Shown in pieces: positions 51,698 to 62,164 of a DNA stretch of 64,000 bases. A model generated the notes under the pieces. That model saw only the letters and a program-made list of their open reading frames with translations, was not told the origin of the DNA and did not search any database. Position numbers and translations under genes: made by a program. Position 1 is the stretch's first letter. The number at the start of each line of letters is the position of its first letter. This DNA comes from Mobula hypostoma (taxonomy: Eukaryota): assembly GCF_963921235.1 (NCBI RefSeq), contig NC_086101.1, positions 14,756,001 through 14,820,000 on the forward strand, in the 5' to 3' direction.

Positions 51698-53315
51698 ATC
51701 TACATTTAGTTGAATAGATGGATTGAGTAACAGCCCAGCTAAGGCTAAGTCCCTCAAAACACTGGAAACCGCCATATTAGAGTTATTCATATTGCAAATG
51801 AAAGATCTATTCTTTCAATGTGTGCTTGAAATAGCAATGTAAGAAGTATCATTCACCAAAGCAAATTTGAGAAATGTGTTCTGCTGACAGGCAAAATAGA
51901 TAGAGGAAAACTATTATGAGAAACATAGCCACAATTTGTTAACCCTTCATAACTAAGTCCTCAGACGGAACAGCATTCTGCTTTCTTTAATGACAGTAAG
52001 TCACTTTTACTGCCTTCATAGATTATTGATATTTAATAGCATAAGTAGGTGAACTGGGTAAGTGAAATCCAAACTCCTTCTTGATATGTTCCAACACTGT
52101 ATATTCGGTACGTTCGGTTTAAATTGTACCATGTTAACTCCATTACAGAAAGCAATCTAAAGGTATTGGTTGTACATACCGCATCTTTAGCGGGTTGAAT
52201 ACTTTCATTATTAATTCTGTCGATAATTCGATTTGTCATACCTCTCAAAGGTTCCACTTCCATAGGGCATTTCCTAAACTATATTTGTTTGTTGCTTACC
52301 TACAGTGCTAACTCCTCCCATATCCAGTTAATCCTAATTTGCAATTTCTTTCATCTTTTGCTTCAGAGAATCCAACTGAGCGTTTCCCTCTAAAATATCT
52401 ACTGTATATGCCGTTGAAACGCCAGTCGCGTAACCTAAAACCATAATTCCTGTAAACCCTCTCCTTCGATTCTGTCGTGTTTCAAATTCTAAATGGGTAA
52501 ACTGTTCAATTAATAAATGTTGTAAAATCTTTTGGAGGCCTATTCCACGCCATCTAGGAATTTGGAATGCTGTCAAACTTATCAAACCTGCACATATCGA
52601 TATACTAGATGTGATATGTACAACCAATACCTTTAGGTTACTTTCTATAATGGAGTTAACATGCAGCTACAATATTCCGTTTTTCTTCTCATTCAAATCC
52701 TCCTCCCTTTGTATATGTCCGAACCTCATCACACAAGAACGTATTAGTAACAGTTGGAACTTCAGTGGTCGTATCAATTGTTAAATATACCGTGAGGTAA
52801 CGTGCATGCCCCATGACCAACCGGAATTGATTTGTCTAGGGGACAGGCTAACTGATTATCCCGTTTCTGATTTCTGTCCACGTCAACACTACCATTACAT
52901 TCACAATATTGTATTTGAGTTATAAGCTTTTATTCCTGAACCACGACCTAAATCACATACTTCCACTGTTATACTGGTACTCCCATCTTTTCCCCAATTT
53001 ACAGTTACTTGACCACGAGTATCAACAAATATCGGTCTCATTTTCTTTACAATATTTCGTCTTAGTCCTTCATGAATTCGTACTACTACCTCACCTTCCG
53101 CATCCACACACTCTACTATTACTATAGCAGCTGATGGAATTCAAGTAGACTTTGCTGTGAATGTTGTGAATAGTCGATCTGCAGACAACCTGATCTTTGT
53201 GTCCAGATGAATGTAAAATTGGCCAGTAAAACACGTCATTGAAGAACAAGTGACCTTCAATAAAGCCTTCGACCATTATGAGACCAATCATCAGTAGTAT
53301 TCCAGCACCAATCAT
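51698..53315 (-). pseudogene. 5' part of envelope/class-I fusion glycoprotein gene (signal peptide, SU, furin site, fusion peptide, heptad, Cys-containing ectodomain)
   Basis: MIGAGILLMIGLIMVEG; RQNRRR|GFTGIMVLGYATGVSTAYTVDILEGNAQLDSLKQKMKEI (furin site at 52460-52477); MTNRIIDRINNE...AVCT; FALVNDTSYIAISSTH*KNRSFICN; CFEG...W...KC. Multiple frameshifts and stops. Confidence 0.7.
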
Positions 53316-53689
53316 CTCCGAATACTTAGAAAGAAAAACAAGAGAAGTCGTTGTACTAACCTAAATATCTAATACTGTCTCTAAATTCAGCTCTTCTATT
53401 ACCCGCTTTATTTCCAGAACTAGTGATGAACGCAGTTTCTTATCTGCTTCTCTCTTCCATTCTCTCTGCTTTGTCTTGCCTTAGGCGATAGCAGCAATGG
53501 CCTCGGTTTAACCACCCACCACCCCGCCTTCTTGATGCTGAGTGTGAAGTGAGCTACTCTTAAACTCCTGGTGCAAACAGGAAGTGGTTGCCCACCGGTT
53601 GATGGGTCAAATTGCAAGGATGGCAACCGTTGCTGACAAGGGAAGTTAGCGGACTGCATAAAAGCTAACGAAAGGGAAACTGTTCTCTT

Positions 53690-55175
53690 ACAAAGGTGAC
53701 TGGAGAGTTGGATGATTGGGATTTTGTTTTTAATTCCAACAAAAGGAAACTCAAAAATGCCAAAGGAAGGAAAAGATGAAATATGAGGGCAAACTGCTCA
53801 GTACTATAAAGCGGGATTCTAAACGTTTTTTTTAGTAATATAAAGAGTGAAAGGGAGGTGAGAATTGACATCGGACCTCTGGAAAATGGTGCTGGTGAGA
53901 GAGTAATGGAGGGTACAAAGAAATAGCGGATGAACTTAATAAGGATTTCGCAGCAATCGTCACTGTGGAAGACACTAGTAGTGTGCCAGAGGTCCGTAAG
54001 TGTCAGGGAGCAGGAGAAAGTGACATTGGTATTACAAAGGACAGGTTTTAAGGTAGATAAGCCACCTGGACCAGATGAACTACAACTCAGAGTTTTGAAC
54101 GACGTTGCTGAAGGGATATCAGATGCATTGGTTATGATCTTTTAAGAATTGCCTGATTCTGGCTTGGTTCCGGTGGACTGGAAAATCACAGAAGTCACTC
54201 CACTCTTCAAGAAAGGAGGAAGGCACAAGAAAGGAAATTATAGGCCAGTTAACCTAAACTCAGTGGTTGGGAAAGTGTTGCAGTCTATTATTAAGGATGA
54301 GGTTTCCGGATACTTGGAGACTAATGATCAATTAAGTCAAAATAAGCATTGTTCCTGTAAAGGGAAAATTTGCCTGACATATCTGTTAGAGTTCGTCGAG
54401 GAAGTAACAAGCAGTGGGGGACAAAGGATAGGCAGTGGATGTCATTTACTTGTAATTTCAAAAGCGATTTGATAAGGTAGCAGACATGAGGCTGCTTAGC
54501 AAGATAAAATCTTATAGCATTACAGGGTAGATGCTGACATGGAATGGCTGACAGGCAGGAGGCAGCGAGTGGGAATACAAGGGGACTTTTCTGGTTGCTG
54601 CCAGTGACTAGTGATGTCCCTCAGGGGTCAATATTGGGACCGCTACTTTTCTCACCATTTGTCAATGATTTGTATAATGGAATTGATGGCTTTGTGGCAA
54701 AACTTGCAGATGATACGAAGTTAGGTGGGTGGCTAGGTAGTGCTGAGAAAGCAATGCGATTGCAGAAGGACGTGAACAAATTGGAAGAATGGGCAAAAAG
54801 TGACAGATGGCATACAGTGCTGGGAAATGCATTTTGGTAAAAGGAACAAAAGTGTAGGGAATTGCATAAATGAGGAAAAAATAACAGTATCTGAGGTGCA
54901 ATTGGACTTGGGGGTCCTCGTGCAAGACTTTCAGAAGGTTAATTTAAAGGCTGAGTCGGTCGTGAAGCAGGCAAATGCAATGATGGCATTCATTTCAAAG
55001 GGAATAGAATATAAAAATAATCAGTTTCCTGATTGGTCAGGGCATCAAAGATTATGGCGAGAAGGCAGGTGTATGCGGTTGAGTGGGATCCGGAATCAGC
55101 CATAATGGAATGGCGGAGCATTCTCAATGTGCTGAATAGTCTAATTCTGTTCCTATGTCTTATGGTCTTATTATG
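53690..55175 (+). mobile_element. Degenerate CR1 ORF2 with internal deletions
   Basis: KPPGPD, NYRPVNL, VPQGSILGP and KLADDTK. Tail tatgtcttatggtctta. Confidence 0.85.
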
Positions 55176-55179
55176 TTAA

Positions 55180-55640
55180 AGATAAGGGTGGGGAGACCCG
55201 AGGGAGGCGACAGGCAAGTAAGGAGATAAGGTGATAGAGGGAAATGGGAATGGGGAATGGTGCAGGGGGGTGCATTAACGGAAGTTCGAGAAATCGATGT
55301 TCATGCCGTCAGGTTGGAGGTTATCCAGATGGAATATAATGTATTGCTCCACAAACCGGAATTTGGCCTAATTGCAACCATAGAGGAGGCCATGGACTGA
55401 CATGTCAGGAAGGGAATGCTAAATTGAATTAAAATGGGAGACCACTTGGAGATCCCGCCTTTTTTGGTTGATGGAACATAGATGCTCGGCAAAGCGGTCT
55501 CCCGTCTGCGTCGGGTTTCACCGATATACTGGTCTTCAGAGCGGGAGCACCAGATACAATCGATGCACAAGTGACGTGTCGCCTCATCAGGAAGGACTCC
55601 TACCTGCCCTGCTGAGTTCCTCCTACATTTAGTGTATGTT
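55180..55640 (-). mobile_element. Old Penelope GIY-YIG fragment
   Basis: IYCIWCSR..DQYIGETRRR-like text. Confidence 0.75.
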
Positions 55641-56087
55641 GCATATTGTCCTTCTTTTCAATGGAACAGACTAAAACCCATTACTTATATCCAGTACTGT
55701 GAGACACTTTGCTACAGTGTTCTTACAGTGGAGGTAGATGAAGGGGTAACTTTTTCAATTTGTAATCTATGGTGAATTTCTAACATCATCGGATTTATGA
55801 ACGGCAATATGGGTGAATTATTTGTAGATGCTATTTCTCGCAAAACTTTCAGTGTTAATAAACTCTAAATAACTTTCTCTACACCTGCCTCTATTTGATT
55901 TGCAAATTCATATTCCGTCTGGAGTTTTGGATGAACGCCTTGTATACATACTTCTCAACGCATACTGCCATAGTTGAGTTTATGTTTAGCAAATCCTGCC
56001 TGGCAATCTAAAAAATTGTCTGGCTTTTCAGTCTTTTGTCATATCTTCTTTCTTCCCCCTCACACCCCAACAGTATATATCCTGAGA

Positions 56088-56395
56088 TTATTTCTGCAAG
56101 CCTGTCATTGTGCACAATAAGCAGTTCATTTGAGAATGGTCTCAGGGTTTCGCAGATCGTTAGCAGAAACTGCCTGTGCCCACATTCATTGCTCTGATTA
56201 ATTTATCGCAGAGCAAGAATCACTTCATCAAACAGTTCACAAAATGGAGGTTACTGAGCAGCTTCACAAAATGGCAGCCTCCATTCCTTCAAGAGCATGG
56301 CAAAAACAAAGACATCTAATTTGTCTGCTTCAACTGCCCCTGGCCCATTCGAATTCAATGTTTTCTTCCATGTTTAATTGTTTCGTGGCAAACAA
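56088..56395 (-). pseudogene. ORF-X2, diverged paralog of ORF-X1
   Basis: HGRKH*IRMGQ...LPCS*RNGGCHFVKLLSNL..LMK*FLLCDKLIRA...LLCTMTGLQK*. Same terminal stop position as X1. Confidence 0.6.
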
Positions 56396-57070
56396 TAGAA
56401 TAGAGGATGTTGAGTGATAGTTGTAACCGAAGCATTCTTACCCTCCTCTTTGATTCTATCCACCACCCATTAAATACGATTTTATTCCAGAGTATTTTTA
56501 TTCACGCTGTTTACAGCCACAGATGCTGCTTGACTGACTGAAAATTTTTTCAGGTTTTCTGCTTTTTGTGCAGGTTGCACTACTGACAGTCTCACTTGTC
56601 TGCATATTCGAGTAATGATTTTCCCCGATGAGTTCATCTCTAGTACTTCAAAAGGCTAAAGTTCCATTGCTCTCGATTATCGTTTATGCCATTACAGGTA
56701 GCATATTTAAAATTTAGTAATGTAGATGGAATGAATGTGTCAGTACGTCCAGTTGAACTCCGTCTTTTTGTGTGCTTCCCCGTAGCTGTCAGTCTGTGGT
56801 TTTGTATTGCCATGTGCTCCTGTTCCCGCTCCTGCTCTTCTCCGGCCCAGTATTACTGAGTACTCCGTCTCTCATCCATTTCTCATTATTACCCGTATTG
56901 CTGTCAACTATGTCTCATTGTGCTCCACCTATCATCTGCCTCTCTGTTTATTGCTCAGTGTATTTCAGTCCTGTGTTTTCACCTGTTTGCTGCCAGATTG
57001 CGCCAATGAATTTTCCTGGGCTTTACCAGCATTCGTAACTGTACTCTGTCAGTCTGATTATCGACTCTGA

Positions 57071-58232
57071 TAAAGTCCCACATAGGAGATTAGTGGGCAA
57101 ATTTAGTGTACATGGTATTGGGGCAGAGTACTGACATGGGTTGAAAATTGGCTGGCTGACAGAAAACAAAGAGTAGCGATTAATGGGTCTCTTTCGGAAT
57201 GGCAGGCGGTGACCAGTGGGGTAAGGGTTCAGTGCTGGGACCGCAGCTGTTTACAATGTATATTAATGATTTAGATGAGGGAATTAAAAGTAACATTAGC
57301 AAATTTGCCGATGACACAAAGCTGGGTGGCAGTGTGAAATGTGAGGAGGATGTTATGAGAATGCAGGGTGATTTGGACAGGCTGGGTGAGTGGGCGGCCA
57401 TATGTGGATAAATATGAGGTTATCCACTTTGGTGGTAAGAATAGGAAGGCAGATTATTATCTAAATGGAGTCAAATTAGGAAAATGGGAAGTACAACGAG
57501 ATCTAGGTGATCTTGCAGATCAGTCACTGAAAGCAAGCATGCAAGTACAGCAGGCTGTGAAGAAAGCTAATGGCATGCTGGCCTTCACAACAAGGGGAAT
57601 TGAGTACAAGAGCAAAGAGGTCCTTCTGCAGCTGTACAGGGCCCTGGTGAGAACACACCTGGAGTACTGTGTGCAGTTTTGGTCTCCAAATTTGAGGAAG
57701 GGCATTCTTGCTATTGAGGGAGTGCAGCGGAACTTCACAAGGTTAATTCCCGGGATGGCGGGACTGTCATATGTCGAAAGATTGGAGCGACTGGACGTGT
57801 GTACTCTGGAATTTAGAAGGCTGAGAGGGGATCTTATTGAAACATATAAGATTATTAAGGGATTGGACACGCTGGAGGCAGGAAGCATGTTCCCGCTGAT
57901 GGGTGAGTCCCGAACCAGAGGCCACGGTTTAAGAATAAGGGGTAGGCCATTTAGAACGGAGTTGAGGAAAAACTTTTTCACCCAGCGAGTGGTGGATGTA
58001 TGGAATGATCTAGCCCAGAGGGCTGTGGAGGCCAAGTCTCTGGATGCTTTCAAGAAAGAGATGGATAGAGCTCTTACAGATAGCGGAATCAAAGGTTATG
58101 GGGATAAGGCAGGAACTGGATACTGATAGTGGATGATCAGCCATGATCACAGTGAATGGCGGTGCTGGCTCGAAGGGCCGAATGGCCTACTCCTGCACCT
58201 ATTGTCTATTGTCTATTGTCTATTGTCTATTG
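57071..58232 (+). mobile_element. 5'-truncated CR1 inserted in the Gypsy LTR
   Basis: KFADDTK, HLEYCVQFWSP and (ctattgt)n tail. Confidence 0.92.
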
Positions 58233-59258
58233 ACTCTGCTGTTTCCCGATTCTGCTTTTTGATTTCCCTGGATGTTTTGATCTCTGCCTGAACTCTGACG
58301 CTGACTTTGTTCGTACCTCGGGATTTGCTACTGAATTAACATCATCATGTGCGCAGTACTGGGTATGCAATTGGCTCTCTGCTCCAGCTCCCTGACAGTA
58401 CAATCTGGCCAGAATGGATCCAGCAGATCCCGGTCGTCTGAGAGCTGTCCTGGAACAACAAGGGGTGATGCTGGCGAGACACCAGAACCAGCTGGACTCC
58501 GAGTTCAGGGCAGTGGAGTCGCTTTCTGCCAATGTAGCCGATCTTGTGGCCCAAACTTAGTCACTCCAGCTGTCCTAGAGCGCCCATCAACATTCTCCAA
58601 CTGCATCTTCTGCCCTGCCCTCAGCGTTCTTGTTCACTCGTCCCGTCCAAGAGCCCCATCGGCCTTCTCCAGAAAAGTACTCAGGTGAGCCCGGTACCTG
58701 CCGCTCTTTTCTTTCTCAGTGCACCCTCATTTTTGAACTACCACCAACAACATTTCCGACTGATCGAGCCAAGGTACGCTACGTCATCACCGAACTGTCC
58801 GATCGGGTGAGAGAATGGGGAACAGCCGTCTGGGAGGCAGGCTCCCCTTTCTGCAGTAGTTTTCAGTTATTTTCTGAGGAGATGAGAAAGGTGTTTGATC
58901 GCTCCAAACATGGGAGAAAGGCTGCCCGTGAAATGCTGCACATGCACCAGGGACACAATCTGTGTCAGCTTACGCCATAGAGATCCGGACCCCAGCCACA
59001 TCCAGCAGCTGGAACTCGGAGGCACAGTACGGCACCTTCCTGAACGGCCTCTCCGAATACATCAAAGATGAGCTGTTCACCCAGGACCTTCCTGCCACCT
59101 TTGAAGCCCTGGTGGATTTGGCCATCCGTACTGATATTCGCCTTCAGCAGCGCCGCAGAGAGAGGGGCTCCAGAGGGTCCCTGGGGGCACTGGGTGAGTT
59201 CCAAGCTCCTCGTCAGTCCACATTGCCGTGCTGTTTGCCTCCATCTACAATTCCCGTT

Positions 59259-59983
59259 GGTTCCAAGGTTGTCAAGCCGAGGAGTGGGAGTGAAGACAAG
59301 CTCCCACTACCTAAAAGTGCTCCTCATGGCATGCGCCTCAAATAGCCTCTGACAATCAAGGCCAACTCCTGGCCTTCTCGTGAGGCTTAGCCTCTAAGCC
59401 TGGCGGAACTGTTTCTACTGACAGGAGAAGGGGCGAAGGTGGGTCCTGGTGCCTTAAAACCAGTGCTTCGGGTAGATGGAGCTCGTCAGCCTGGGAAGGC
59501 AGTCCATCTAAGAGAGGGAAAACTCTGATTGCGGCCAAACCCACTCATGGGAAAAGCTTCGGGAGTAAACCCTGAGGACAAATCCGGAGCTGGAGTCCCT
59601 GAGGCAGTGTTCGTTCCCTTCAACTTCGTTCTGGCAACTCCTGCGATGACACTGGTGCCAAGCTGTATCGGCCCTTGTCCTTCCCTTGGACAACATCAGT
59701 AGCGTAGAGAGGGGAGACATGCTGCATGGGCAACTGCCGGTCTTCCATACAACCTTGCCCAGGCCTGCGCCCTGGAGAGGACGCTCCAGCGTCACCTCAC
59801 CGCGACGGCACAAAACGGAAAGCAGCACTGGAGGACAGCGCCTTCAAGTGCAGTCGCTGCAGCCGAGACTGTCACTCCGGTGTGGGCCTTTACAGCCACA
59901 ACAGACGCTGATCTACCAACACAGACTGAAGCAAGACTTTCCTGGCGCAGATCCATGGTCTCGCGAGACTAACGGATGCCACC
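59259..59983 (+). mobile_element. Internally deleted non-autonomous RTE element
   Basis: 12-bp TSD ACAATTCCCGTT at 59247-59258 and 59984-59995. The 5'UTR-like part is fused to an RTE C-terminal FKCSRCSRDCHSGVGLYSH motif and a ccatggtctcgcgagac...ggatgcc 3' end. Confidence 0.85.
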
Positions 59984-62164
59984 ACAATTCCCGTTCCAGA
60001 GCCCGAGGCGATACATATTGACGGTACCCGCCTGACGCCGACTGAAAGACAAAGGATAATCAGCACCCGCTCCTGTCTGTAATGTGGCCAAACAGACCAC
60101 TTCATCTCCAGCTGCCCAGTAAAAGCCAGCGCTCACCAGTAGGACGAGGTGAACTAGTGAGCGTGACCCCTGCCCGGCCCTCCTCGACACCACTCACTCT
60201 CATACCTGCTTCTCTGGAGTGGAGCGTCCAACGCCGAGCAGTCTCCGCCTTGGTTGATTCTGGTGCGGAGGAGTGTTTTATCAATTCCGGCTTGGCTGCC
60301 CAGTGGGGACTACCCACGTCTGCTCTCCAGTCACCATTATTGGATAACCCCTTGAACGGTCAGAGACTGGCTAACATCACCCATGTCACGGCCCTAGTGA
60401 GTCTCAGTTTATCCGGCAACCATCATGAACAGTTAACCCTTTATGTTATTGACTCTCCTCAAGCTCCCATTGTCCTGGGCCATCGCTGATTAGTCAGACA
60501 CAACCCCCACATTGACTGGTTCAGTCGCAAGATTGTAGGCTGGAGCCCATTCCGTCACTCCCACTGCCTCCGCCATGCTCAGATTCCCTTGTCCCCAAGC
60601 CCAGATCCCCCCGAGGAATTTCCCGACTTTAGTGCCATCCCTCCTGAATACATGGACCTCAAGGCTGTGTTCAGCAAGTCCCGGGCCACTTCCCTGCCGC
60701 CTCGCCGTCCATCTGATTGCGCCATTGACCTCTTGCTTGGCACATCTCCCCTAAGGGACCGCCTGTATTCCCTGTCCGTACCTGAAATGAAGCCATGAAT
60801 AAGTACATTCAAGAGTCTCTGGCTGCAGGCATCATCCGGTCGTCTTCCTCCCCTGCTGGTGCCGGTTTTTTCTTTGTTGAAAGCAAGGGCGGCTCCTTGC
60901 GTCCATGCATTGATTACCAGGGACTGAATGAAGTCACTGTTAAGGACCGTTACCTTCTTCTGCTCATGACCTCGGCATTTGAACTACTACAAGGAGCCTC
61001 CGTTTTCACCAAACTTGATCTCCGTAACGCTTACCATCTTATCCGCATCCGCGAAGGGGTCGAGTGGAAGACAGCCTTCAACACCACCTCAGGCCATTGC
61101 GAGTATTTAGTCATGCCGCTCGGTCTCGCCAATGCCTCCGCCTTCTTCAAAGCCCTGGTAAATGACGTTCTCAGGGACATGCTGAACGAATTTGTTTTTG
61201 TGTATCTCGACGACATTTTGATTTTTTTTTCTAAGTCCCTTGCTGAACACACAAGTCACGTCCGCAGAGCTCTCCAGCGCCGTCTGGAGAACCAGCTCTT
61301 TGTGAAGGCTGAGAATATGAGAGTTTAATCACAATACTGTCTCCTTCCTGGGGTATGTAATTTCAGGCGGCCCCATTCAGATGAAACAACAGAAGGTCAA
61401 GGTGGTGGTCGAATGGCCGCAACCCTCGACTCGTCGGGAGTTGCAACGCTTCTTGGGCTTTGCTAACTTCTATCGCCGCTTCATCAGAAATTACAGTACA
61501 CTGGCGGCACCACTCGCTGCTCTTACCGCATCGGCTGTCAGATTCTCCTGGGCACCTGCTGCTGAAAAAGCATTCACCTCTGCCCCCATCCTGATTCATC
61601 CCGACACCGACCGGCAGTTCATTGTGGAGGTGGATGCGTCTGACATTGGCGTAGGAGCTGTTCTCTCGCGGCGCTTGGCCAAGAATGAGAAGGTACACCC
61701 CTGCGCCTTCTTCTCTCACCGCCTCACTCCCACGGAGCGGAATTACGATGTCGGAAACCGGGAGCTGCTGGCTGTGAAGCTAGCTCTGGAGGAGTGGAGG
61801 CATTGGCTGGAGGGAGCAAATGTGCCATTCTTAGTCTGGACTGATGACAAGAATCCGGAATATATCTGTACGGTCAAGCGTCTCAACTCCAGTCAAGCTC
61901 GTTGGTCTCTGTTTTTCTCAAGATTCAATTTTACTTTGTCCTTCAACTCCGGTTCCAAGAATACCATCTCCCGAAGGGTTCCCTCCTCTGAGACCCCTGA
62001 TGTCCCCTAATGTCATCCTCCCTGCTCACTGTCTCGTGGGTGCAGCGCAATGGGACATTGAAACCATGGTGCAGCTGCTCAACAGAGTGAGGCAGCCCCT
62101 CGTCAATGCCCCACTAACTGTGTTATGTTCCCAGCTCTGTACACACACAAGTATTGCAGTGGGG

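Noticed and set aside
59320-59420. Possible HDV-like ribozyme at the RTE 5' end (TTCTCGT/TTCACGT loop, gcttag/ctaagc hairpin)
   Set aside because: I could not build consistent P2 and P3 helices in both copies by hand. An Infernal/RNArobo search would be needed.
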